Assembly: GCA_902825795.1 (NCBI GenBank)
Contig: CADECG010000002.1
Coordinates: 15,541 to 79,540 of the forward strand
Direction: 5' to 3'
DNA length: 64,000 nt
Source: an uncultured Bacteroidota bacterium
Lineage (GTDB): Bacteria > Bacteroidota > Bacteroidia > Flavobacteriales_F > PHOS-HE28
Part shown: positions 36,713 through 44,989 of the stretch, in pieces
How positions within the stretch are numbered: the first letter of the stretch is position 1
Layout of the letters: the number at the start of each line of letters is the position of its first letter
Notes under the pieces: generated by a model
The model's input: only the letters and a program-made list of their open reading frames with translations
The model's database searches: none
Told to the model about the DNA's origin: nothing
Translations under genes and position numbers: made by a program

Positions 36713-38119
36713 TCAGAAGGGTTGGGTGAAATGTAAGTAGAGGCCGTCGTCACCGATGGAGTTGACGCTGTATTCCAAGCGGACCACTTGATCATAACTG
36801 GTTACCATGTCCAAGCCTACGCCCATGCCGCTTAGCCATTGGTTGTCCAGGAAGTTGCGATCGGCGTAGCGATCATCCCACACGTAACCGGCGTCCACGA
36901 ATCCTTGCAGATAAAGTGCGAAGTTGAATGTGCGGAATTCCTCTATGGGCATGAATTCCGCGCGGCGCACCAACGGCTTCACCAGCGTGTAAACCACATT
37001 GCTTCGGCCCAGCACCCAATGCTGTCCGTCCACCACATAGTACTCGAAGCCGCGCACGGCGTTGCTACGATAGCCGAGACCTTCCTGCGTGAAGTAGGGA
37101 ACCGGTCCACCAAAAGTGGTCTTGCCGCGCACGCTGCCGTTCAGTGTGAAGCGTTGGCGAACAGGGATCCACTTGTTGAAGCTGCCGAAAATGGTGGTGG
37201 TATTGGGCGCTTGTTCGTCGAGCACACCAAGGCCGTGGCGCTGGATCTTCAGCTCGGCGAAGTGGCCCCGGCGGGGGAAGACACGCACGTCGCGACGGTC
37301 CGATGAGACCCCGTATGCCAGCGAGAGGAAACGCGTGTGTGTCATGGTGTCATTGAAATAGTCAGGCGCGAGCAGCGCTACGGAATCGACCACATCGGCC
37401 TGCGTGAAGCCAAGGCGGAGATAGTGTCGCATATCGTGTGCGGGTCGGTACGTGATCTCGGCATCGGCATGTGTTTCCTCGCGTGCATTGCCAACGGCCG
37501 GTGAATGGAAGACGCGAATGTTATCGTATGTCCCAATGGTCACTTCCTTCTGTTGGAACCAACCGCCACCGATGCTCATGCCCCACTGCTGCTTTTTGTT
37601 GAACCATGGTATGCGGTAGCGCAAGCCGAACTGTCGAGCATAACCGAACTGGAGTTGCAGATAGATGGTTTCGTTGCGGCCCCTGAAGTTGTATTTGTTG
37701 AGGAATAGCCCGTAGTTGAGCCGCGACGGGTCCCGGGTGCGCCACCACGTATTGAAATTGGGATCGCTCCATTCGAATATGGGGCTCGGCCAGAAGTACC
37801 AACGCTCGTTCACCGTGACCTCTACAAGGGCTTCTGTGGCGCTGATCCACAAGGGCAGAACACGCACGGTGTTGAAGAGGCCGAGGTTCTGAAGGTTCTG
37901 GCGGCTACGTTCCAGTTCCTCGTACAACCCGGTGGTGGTCAACGTATCGCCCTCGCGCACGGTGAGTTCCCGCACAATGATGTGTTCCTTCGTCGTCTTG
38001 TTGCCGCTCACCACCGCACCCATAATGCGCACCGGCAGTTGAATGCGGGCCGTATCACCCTGTGCGCGCACAAACAGCGTGGCGAAACCGAACAATGCAA
38101 TGAACAGGTTACGGGCCAT
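36713..38119 (-). CDS. Omp85/BamA-family outer-membrane protein (single POTRA-like region + barrel)
   Basis: Signal peptide. C-terminal 'GDDGLYLHFTQPF' beta-signal. Surface-antigen (D15)-like barrel composition. Confidence 0.65.
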   Translation of the reverse strand: MARNLFIALFGFATLFVRAQGDTARIQLPVRIMGAVVSGNKTTKEHIIVRELTVREGDTLTTTGLYEELERSRQNLQNLGLFNTVRVLPLWISATEALVEVTVNERWYFWPSPIFEWSDPNFNTWWRTRDPSRLNYGLFLNKYNFRGRNETIYLQLQFGYARQFGLRYRIPWFNKKQQWGMSIGGGWFQQKEVTIGTYDNIRVFHSPAVGNAREETHADAEITYRPAHDMRHYLRLGFTQADVVDSVALLAPDYFNDTMTHTRFLSLAYGVSSDRRDVRVFPRRGHFAELKIQRHGLGVLDEQAPNTTTIFGSFNKWIPVRQRFTLNGSVRGKTTFGGPVPYFTQEGLGYRSNAVRGFEYYVVDGQHWVLGRSNVVYTLVKPLVRRAEFMPIEEFRTFNFALYLQGFVDAGYVWDDRYADRNFLDNQWLSGMGVGLDMVTSYDQVVRLEYSVNSIGDDGLYLHFTQPF

Positions 38120-38145
38120 GGCCGTTCGCCCTCGCCTTGCGGCGG

Positions 38146-38808
38146 TCAGAGGTTGATGTAACGCATCAGCTCATCGTAACGCCCGCGCAGGTCGTCATGG
38201 AACCGCGAGCCTTGGTAAGTGCTCTTCACGTTGTAATCGTACCGCTCGAAGCTCTGCAGCACATCGCTGATATCCTCGCGATTGATCTTCAAGGTCACCT
38301 CCGTGCGCGAACTATCGGGTAAGCTGTGCGTGTACACGCTGAGCACTTTCGCATCATTGCCTTCAACGATCCGCGCGATCTCGTGCAAGCTGTAATCCAC
38401 ACTGCTCATCTCCAGTACCACTACGCTGCCCGGCTGGTTGATGTTCGCCACCTCCGCCAAGCGGCGCAGTGCTTCATGCTCACCAACGGTGCCGAGAAAG
38501 TTGCCTGTTTCGTCGAGCACCGGAACTATGGTGAGCCCTTGCTCGGTGAACACCTTCATCACGTCGTAAATGTGCTGGCCACCCCGCACGAACACGTGGG
38601 TGAACCGGTCACGCACCGTACCGAGCTCAGCCTTCACATCGCCTTTGTCAACAAGCGCACTGTCCTGCACGATACCTACAAGCCGCCGGTTCTCGACGAC
38701 CGGTAAATGGCTCACCTTGAACTCCTCCATCCAATCGAGCGCACGGCCAATGGTGTCGCTGGTGCGCAACGGTGGGATATCGTCAGTGATGAGGTCGATG
38801 GCGTGCAT
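38146..38808 (-). CDS. CBS-domain pair protein
   Basis: Two CBS-like modules ('[16 protein letters not shown]', '[18 protein letters not shown]'). Confidence 0.75.
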   Translation of the reverse strand: MHAIDLITDDIPPLRTSDTIGRALDWMEEFKVSHLPVVENRRLVGIVQDSALVDKGDVKAELGTVRDRFTHVFVRGGQHIYDVMKVFTEQGLTIVPVLDETGNFLGTVGEHEALRRLAEVANINQPGSVVVLEMSSVDYSLHEIARIVEGNDAKVLSVYTHSLPDSSRTEVTLKINREDISDVLQSFERYDYNVKSTYQGSRFHDDLRGRYDELMRYINL

Positions 38809-38881
38809 ATGCGTTCAGTGGTGGGTTGCGCTTCTACTTTTGGGCGCCCACTCGCACCGGGGCCAAGGTAGAAGCCGATCC

Positions 38882-39595
38882 GTGACCCGTCTCAGCGTCA
38901 ATATCAACAAGCTCGCCACACTGCGCAACGCGCGAGGCGGCAATAACCCGGATGTGGTGCGCTGGGCCGTGGACATTGAACGCATGGGGGCACAAGGCAT
39001 CACCGTGCACCCGCGCCCGGATGAACGTCACATCCGCCGCGCCGATGTACGCGAACTGAGGAAGGTGGTTACTACCGAGTTCAACATCGAGGGCTACCCG
39101 AACGCTGAGTTCATTGACCTTGTTATGGAGGTGAAACCGCATCAGGTAACGCTCGTGCCCGATCCGCCGGGCGTGCTCACCAGCAACGCGGGTTGGGATG
39201 CAAAAGCCGATGGCGCGTTCCTGCGTCCGGTAGTCGCGCGTTTCAAAGCGATCGGCATCCGCACCAGCTTGTTCATGGGCACCGATGCCGAGCAGATCGC
39301 CGCGGCGAAAGACACTGGCACAGACCGCATTGAGTTGTACACCGAGCCGTACGCGCTGCATTTCGGTAAGGACCGCGACGGCGCCGTGGCGCCCTTTGCA
39401 ATAGCTGCGAAGTACGCCTCGTCGTTGGGCCTTGGCGTGAATGCCGGGCACGACCTCGACCTGCAGAACCTTCGTCATTTCCATTTGAACGTACCCGGCC
39501 TTGCCGAAGTATCCATTGGCCATGCATTGGTGTGTGATGCCCTGCGGTTCGGAATGGAGAACGCGGTGGACCTGTATCTGAGGGAGCTGCGATGA
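38882..39595 (+). CDS. pdxJ: pyridoxine 5'-phosphate synthase
   Basis: '[19 protein letters not shown]' and '[12 protein letters not shown]' PdxJ signatures. Start set at an in-frame GTG, because the upstream in-frame ATG would overlap the CBS gene on the opposite strand. Confidence 0.85.
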   Translation: MTRLSVNINKLATLRNARGGNNPDVVRWAVDIERMGAQGITVHPRPDERHIRRADVRELRKVVTTEFNIEGYPNAEFIDLVMEVKPHQVTLVPDPPGVLTSNAGWDAKADGAFLRPVVARFKAIGIRTSLFMGTDAEQIAAAKDTGTDRIELYTEPYALHFGKDRDGAVAPFAIAAKYASSLGLGVNAGHDLDLQNLRHFHLNVPGLAEVSIGHALVCDALRFGMENAVDLYLRELR

Positions 39596-39653
39596 ACCCG
39601 ATCGCATGGGATCCCGAGCGATGGCTTCGGAGGTTCCTTTCTTACCCCATACC

Positions 39654-40427
39654 ATGTCCGAGATAGCACCACTCCACTACCGCCGTTTGGGCGCAGGCGC
39701 TGGCCGCACGCCAGTGGTGATCCTGCACGGCCTGTTCGGCAGTAGCGACAACTGGGGCAGCATCGGAACGGAACTCTCAAAGGACTTCGATGTGTTGCTC
39801 GTGGATCAACGTGACCATGGTCGCAGTCCGCATACAACCCACATCTCCTACCCCACTATGGCGGCCGATGTCCATGCGCTCATGGTTGCGCTCGGGCTGA
39901 GGGACATAGTGCTCATTGGCCACAGCATGGGTGGCAAGACGGCAATGGTCTTTGCCCAACGTTGGCCCGAACTGCTGAAGCACTTGGTGGTGGTGGACAT
40001 AAGCCCGCGTGAGCACGAGGACAACCATGCCCACATTGTGGATGCGCTGCGCACCGCTGACCTGTCCACCAATAACCGGAAGGATGTCGAAGCGCACATC
40101 AAGTCGCGCATCAAAGAGCCGGGGGTGGTGCAGTTCATCCTGAAGAACCTGCACTGGAAAACACCAGAGCAACTCGCGTGGCGCATGAACGTGGAGGGGT
40201 TGAGCCGCGACTTGGCGCACATCCTCGCATCCATAGGACCAGAGACAGTGCGTGTTCCTACGCTCTTCATCCGGGGTGGCCAAAGCGACTACATCACCCG
40301 TGAGGACATTCCCCAGATCAAGGAGCAGTTCCCGAACAGCCGCATTGAAACGATCGACTACGCCGGGCACTGGGTGCATGCACAAGCGCCACATGAGGTG
40401 ATGGAGTTCATACGTTCGGTGTCGTAA
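39654..40427 (+). CDS. alpha/beta-fold hydrolase
   Basis: 'VVILHGLFGS' and nucleophile elbow 'GHSMGG'. Confidence 0.8.
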   Translation: MSEIAPLHYRRLGAGAGRTPVVILHGLFGSSDNWGSIGTELSKDFDVLLVDQRDHGRSPHTTHISYPTMAADVHALMVALGLRDIVLIGHSMGGKTAMVFAQRWPELLKHLVVVDISPREHEDNHAHIVDALRTADLSTNNRKDVEAHIKSRIKEPGVVQFILKNLHWKTPEQLAWRMNVEGLSRDLAHILASIGPETVRVPTLFIRGGQSDYITREDIPQIKEQFPNSRIETIDYAGHWVHAQAPHEVMEFIRSVS

Positions 40428-41110
40428 TGTTCACCGGGAACAATAGCACGGTTTCGCGCCTCTCGATCTGCTTGGCTGCGTCTCTGTTCAACTGCTTCGA
40501 TGCAATACCTCAGGTCGATACAACAGACTACGTGGTCGAACCCGCGGTGACCGAGGATGCCGATTGGATCGAGTACCACGGCGGTTTCGACTTCCGTGAA
40601 GGGATCTATCGCGCGTTCAGTGAATTCCGGATGAACGCACCCTCCCTACCCAGCGGTGCCTTTCTCGATAGTGAAGGGCGTCCGATCGGAGACCTCACGA
40701 CCCATGATGGACGGGTCTTTTATCGGGACACTTTAGGCAAGGGCGACTTGAAGACGGTGGACAGGTTCTGGGGGTTCTGCAACAACGATGTCGTGTATAT
40801 CGGTACCCGGGACGGCTACCAACGCATCGGCCTGATAGGCTCGCTGTGTCACATGGTGGTGCAGGAATGGCAGGTGAGCGGGTCGTTCGGCGAAAATGTT
40901 CCGGTCGCCATACAACGATTGATGAATATGCGAACCGGCACTTTCGAGGTCTTCAACGCCAGCAGCTTGGCCATGGCGCTGAGCAACGACACAACACTGT
41001 ATCAAGAATTTCTTGCCATTCCACCACGGCAGCGGAACCGGGATGTGACATTGTTCCAATTCCTCCGCCGCTACAACGAGCGCAACCCGCTCCGTTTCCC
41101 GCCCTCGTAG
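40427..41110 (+). CDS. hypothetical protein
   Basis: Start overlaps the upstream stop (TAATG). No motif recognised. Confidence 0.45.
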   Translation: MFTGNNSTVSRLSICLAASLFNCFDAIPQVDTTDYVVEPAVTEDADWIEYHGGFDFREGIYRAFSEFRMNAPSLPSGAFLDSEGRPIGDLTTHDGRVFYRDTLGKGDLKTVDRFWGFCNNDVVYIGTRDGYQRIGLIGSLCHMVVQEWQVSGSFGENVPVAIQRLMNMRTGTFEVFNASSLAMALSNDTTLYQEFLAIPPRQRNRDVTLFQFLRRYNERNPLRFPPS

Positions 41111-41154
41111 TCGCGGCACACGATCGGATACTTTCGGCCGCGCTCCGGCGCCCC

Positions 41155-42195
41155 ATGCCCATGTTCCGCACCCCTACCCTTTCACTCTGCCTCCTTGTTC
41201 CCGCGCTTGCTTTCGCACAAGCCAAGCAACGTGTAGTGCCGGCCGTTATCGGCTTCTACAACATCGAGAATCTCTTCGACACCATCGACCAGCCCGATGT
41301 GCAGGACGAGGAATTCCTGCCCAACGGCCTGAACCAGTGGACCAGCGAGCGCTACATGAAGAAGCTCCACAACATGGCACATGTCATCGCGGAACTGGCG
41401 ACCGACATCCATCCGCGCGGCCCGGCGTTGCTCGGCTTGGCGGAAGTGGAGAACCGCGGCGTGGTGGAAGACCTGGTGCGCACCGCTCCTCTGACCGAAC
41501 GCGGCTGGAAAGTGGTGAGCCACGAAGGACCCGATCGGCGCGGTGTTGATGTAGCCTTTGTCTATGACCCCATGCAGTTCACGTTGCTCTCACAGAAAGG
41601 CTACCGTTTGGTGGCGCCCAACGATACGTCGTTCCGGACGCGTGACCAGCTATTGGTCACGGGTGTTCTGGATGGCGACACCATTCACGCGATCGTTGCG
41701 CACTGGCCCAGCCGTCGGGGTGGCGAAAAGCGCAGTCGTCCATTGCGCAACCTGGCCGCTGATCTCGGCCGGCACATTGTGGATTCGCTCATTGCACGGA
41801 ACCCCAACGCGCGCGTGTTCTACATGGGCGACCTCAACGACGACCCGATCAACGAAAGCGTGCGCAAGCATATGAAGGCCGTTGGCGATAAGAGCGCCGC
41901 TACCGGCGAGCTGCTGTTCGGCCCAATGGATAAACTGTACAAAGAGGGCATCGGCACATTGGCATGGCGCGATAGCTGGAACCTGTTCGACCAGATCATC
42001 ATGACGCCTGCGGTATGCACTGGTGCCGGCGGGCGATACAATTACCACGGTGTGCATATCCACAACAAGCCCTACATGCGCCAACAGGACGGCAATTTCG
42101 CCGGGTATCCATTCCGCACGTTCGTTGGCAACCAGTTCATGAACGGTTACAGCGACCACTTTCCGGTTTACATCGTGCTGACGCGGCCAGAGTAA
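41155..42195 (+). CDS. secreted endonuclease/exonuclease/phosphatase (EEP) family protein
   Basis: Signal peptide 'LSLCLLVPALAFAQA'. EEP-like motifs ('IGFYNIENLFD', 'LLGLAEVEN', 'TGVLDGDTIHAIVAHW', 'GDLNDDP', 'SDHFPVYIVL'). Confidence 0.75.
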   Translation: MPMFRTPTLSLCLLVPALAFAQAKQRVVPAVIGFYNIENLFDTIDQPDVQDEEFLPNGLNQWTSERYMKKLHNMAHVIAELATDIHPRGPALLGLAEVENRGVVEDLVRTAPLTERGWKVVSHEGPDRRGVDVAFVYDPMQFTLLSQKGYRLVAPNDTSFRTRDQLLVTGVLDGDTIHAIVAHWPSRRGGEKRSRPLRNLAADLGRHIVDSLIARNPNARVFYMGDLNDDPINESVRKHMKAVGDKSAATGELLFGPMDKLYKEGIGTLAWRDSWNLFDQIIMTPAVCTGAGGRYNYHGVHIHNKPYMRQQDGNFAGYPFRTFVGNQFMNGYSDHFPVYIVLTRPE

Positions 42196-42213
42196 GTTGA
42201 ACCATACCCCCGG

Positions 42214-42251
42214 AACAAAGAAGCCCCCGACAAGTCGGGGGCTTCTTTGTT
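42214..42251. terminator. bidirectional rho-independent terminator hairpin between convergent genes
   Basis: 'aacaaagaagcccccgac'-aa-'gtcgggggcttctttgtt' is a perfect 18-bp inverted repeat. Confidence 0.75.
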
Positions 42252-42264
42252 GAACACGTTCGGA

Positions 42265-43611
42265 TCAACGCTGCACCGATACGCGGGTGCTCCAAACGGA
42301 AGAACCGTTGCGGAGCGTCAGGGTATAGAAACCGGCGGGCATTCCGCTCACATCGATCATGCAGCGCTCGTTGGCGATCAACGCGCTACGCACTGTACGA
42401 CCGGCAACATCGCTCAAGGTGTATTCAATACGACCGCTGAGGTCCGGAGCGATCACCGTTAACCAAGCACTCGCAGGGTTCGGGAAAACACTGACCCCTG
42501 ACCCAGCAATGTCGTTGAGGCCCGTGCCCGCAGTGAAGTCGCTCAGGCCGCGCGGCTCGATCTTGCGTGCGCCGTTCGCAAAGTGCATCACGCCGGTCAC
42601 GTTGTAGAAGTTGCCCACCGTAGGCGCGTAGAGGTACATCAGGTCATCCACAGGCAGGGAGCCCTGCCAACTGGTGCCCGTCCATTCGAAGAACGTACCC
42701 GCATCGGGCAGGTTCATGCATTCCAGTTCGGCAATGTGGGTCAACACGCCCTCCCACTGCTCGGCAGCGGCGGAAGTGGCGTCCAGCATTTGGGGTGCAG
42801 GCTGCGGGTATTGACCAACCACAACCAAGTTGCTCACGTTGGTCAGCTCGGTCGTCGTGTTGAACTCCGTTACGGTCGCCGTCAACGTCACGCTGTCGCC
42901 CAATGCCACCACCGACGTATTGTCGAACACATAAATGCCGCTCCAAGGACCTGTCCCTGATTGGATGAAGTAGGAATTGGACCCTACGGTGTCCACACCG
43001 GTGACAATACCGCCCGTGTTCACCGCTTGGTTATTGAACGGCGAAACGCCGTTCAGGTCCGTTGTGTATTGGATCTCATAGATGCTCGCATCCACGGGAG
43101 GAACAATGATGCCTCCGGTGATGTTCACGTCGTCGATCACCAAATGCTCAGGGCCACTGGTCAATTGGATGGAGAGGATGAACTGTGCACCCGTTGTATC
43201 GTTCGCGGCGGTGATCTGCTGCGTTACCTGGGTCCAGGCGTTGCCCGTGGAAACGTAGTAAGGCGTGTACGATGCGTAGCCCGATGCGGCGGCACGACCA
43301 TCGAACAATCCAGTGCGCACACTGCCGTTACCGCGCACCCAATACGTTACATCGTAGGTGGTGCCATCAACTACGGTAGCCGATTGCGTGGTGAAACGCT
43401 TGTGGCCACTTACGCTGTTGGTCAAACGAACGGCATAGGTGCCTCCGTGCGGGTTGTTGCTCACTTGCGCAACGCTATCCGCGCTGAGCGTGGTCTTCGA
43501 GCCCATCCAATCGGAAGGCACGGTATCGGTCCACGTCTCGAACCCGCTCGTGAACTGTGCGCTGGCGGCGGTAGCGAGTGCAAGCAATAGAAGAAGTAGT
43601 GAAGCTCTCAT
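42265..43611 (-). CDS. secreted protein with T9SS (type A) C-terminal sorting domain and an N-terminal module resembling the substrate-binding domain of extracellular nucleases
   Basis: Signal peptide 'MRASLLLLLLALATAASAQ'. 'IYEIQYTTDLNGVSPFNNQAVNTGGIVTGV...YFIQSGTGPWSGIYVF' module. C-terminal 'GFYTLTLRNGSSVWSTRVSVQR' CTD. Confidence 0.6.
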   Translation of the reverse strand: MRASLLLLLLALATAASAQFTSGFETWTDTVPSDWMGSKTTLSADSVAQVSNNPHGGTYAVRLTNSVSGHKRFTTQSATVVDGTTYDVTYWVRGNGSVRTGLFDGRAAASGYASYTPYYVSTGNAWTQVTQQITAANDTTGAQFILSIQLTSGPEHLVIDDVNITGGIIVPPVDASIYEIQYTTDLNGVSPFNNQAVNTGGIVTGVDTVGSNSYFIQSGTGPWSGIYVFDNTSVVALGDSVTLTATVTEFNTTTELTNVSNLVVVGQYPQPAPQMLDATSAAAEQWEGVLTHIAELECMNLPDAGTFFEWTGTSWQGSLPVDDLMYLYAPTVGNFYNVTGVMHFANGARKIEPRGLSDFTAGTGLNDIAGSGVSVFPNPASAWLTVIAPDLSGRIEYTLSDVAGRTVRSALIANERCMIDVSGMPAGFYTLTLRNGSSVWSTRVSVQR

Positions 43612-43654
43612 GTGTTCTGGTATTCGTTAGGGTTGTGTGACCGGCGCCGGACGA

Positions 43655-44986
43655 TCAATTGATCTGCACGTCGTCGATACGGAAATTCGTGTCCTGGTTA
43701 TTGGGGCCGCTGCCGGTGTAGCGGAAGCCGACCACGAAGCCTCCCGTGTATCCAACGGGCAGGTATCCGCTTAGTTGAACAACACCGCTGTTCACCCAGA
43801 CGAAATCGGCCGTGCCATCGCTAGCGAAGGCGCTGGCGACCGGCACCCAGTTGGCGGTAGCGAGGTTGGTCCCATCGAAATTGGTACAGACGAAGAGCGA
43901 GAAGGGTTCATGTCCGGCATCCCCGAAAGCGCGCTGGCTCATGAACTGCAAGGTGTTGGTGCCAGTGGCCTGCACGTTCGGACTTACCAACCAGCTAACG
44001 GTCGATGGCGCTGAACTTGTGTATGCGCTGCCTTGCGCGAACAGTTCCGTTTGGAATGCCCCGCCGCGCCAAACGCGGTTGTCGGTGGAGAGCGAACCGG
44101 TGAACCAGCAGGCCAAATTGATGTTCGAATTGCTCACCACGGTAGCAAAATCCTCCTGCACAGTGGCAGCGGCAGCACATGGCTGGAAGGGAAGCGGGCA
44201 AGGGTCGCAACGAGTGCCGTTCATGTCGAGTTCGCCGAGATCGCGGATGATGAGCTGGTTGTTGCCTTGGTATTGTCCGAGGATACCGGTGAAAGTCCCG
44301 TTTCCGGTTGCTACCGGCAAACTGGCGAAATTGGCGTAGCCGCTACTGCGTACGATGATACTCCCGCTGCAATCGCTGAGGTTCCGATCGAGTGATTGTT
44401 GGCCGACCGCATCGGCATAAGGCTGCCCGTAACAAGCCTCATCCAACACGAACTCCACATCAGGGATCCGCACGAGCATGGATTGCAATGTGTCCAAACC
44501 GTAGCCGTTCAAGTGCGAGGCGTTGAGTTCGGCGATGGTCATCACCAACGGTTCCACAACGTTCAGCGTCGATTGCTTCACCACGTTATTGTCCACATCA
44601 ACGGAGTCGATCTGCAACACACCGTTGTACTGGTTAAGCGTGCAACCTGGCAGGTACACCCGTACACGATCGCCTTGGTAGAGACCACCGCTATTGCGCA
44701 ACCGCAGATTGATTGCTTGGCCACCATCCTGCATGTACACGTTCTTGTACAGATTCCCGTTCTCTTCATCAGCGGTAATGATGCCGTAAACGCTCAGGGG
44801 CTGTGTGAACCGCACTGGCAACTGGCCACTATCCCCGAACATCTGCCGCAGCTCAGGTATGGTGATCACTGCACCATCCGGTATCGACGCGATCGGCGGT
44901 GCATCGAACTCCTTGTCGCATGATGCGAAGAGTGTAACGGCGCCCAGAGCGATGCTGAGGTTGCGCAATGAAAAGAGGTTGTTCAT
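43655..44986 (-). CDS. surface lipoprotein (DUF5689-like) partnered with the upstream TonB-dependent receptor
   Basis: Lipobox 'VTLFASC'. N-terminal 'ITIPELRQMF...LSVYGIITADEENGNLYKNVYMQDGGQAINL' module similar in architecture to 42265-43611. Confidence 0.55.
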   Translation of the reverse strand: MNNLFSLRNLSIALGAVTLFASCDKEFDAPPIASIPDGAVITIPELRQMFGDSGQLPVRFTQPLSVYGIITADEENGNLYKNVYMQDGGQAINLRLRNSGGLYQGDRVRVYLPGCTLNQYNGVLQIDSVDVDNNVVKQSTLNVVEPLVMTIAELNASHLNGYGLDTLQSMLVRIPDVEFVLDEACYGQPYADAVGQQSLDRNLSDCSGSIIVRSSGYANFASLPVATGNGTFTGILGQYQGNNQLIIRDLGELDMNGTRCDPCPLPFQPCAAAATVQEDFATVVSNSNINLACWFTGSLSTDNRVWRGGAFQTELFAQGSAYTSSAPSTVSWLVSPNVQATGTNTLQFMSQRAFGDAGHEPFSLFVCTNFDGTNLATANWVPVASAFASDGTADFVWVNSGVVQLSGYLPVGYTGGFVVGFRYTGSGPNNQDTNFRIDDVQIN

Positions 44987-44989
44987 GGA

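Noticed and set aside
38570-38881. 5' extension of the pdxJ ORF
   Set aside because: It overlaps the CBS-domain gene on the opposite strand. The PdxJ family begins at the '(M/V)TRLSVNINK' motif, which is reached from the GTG at 38882.
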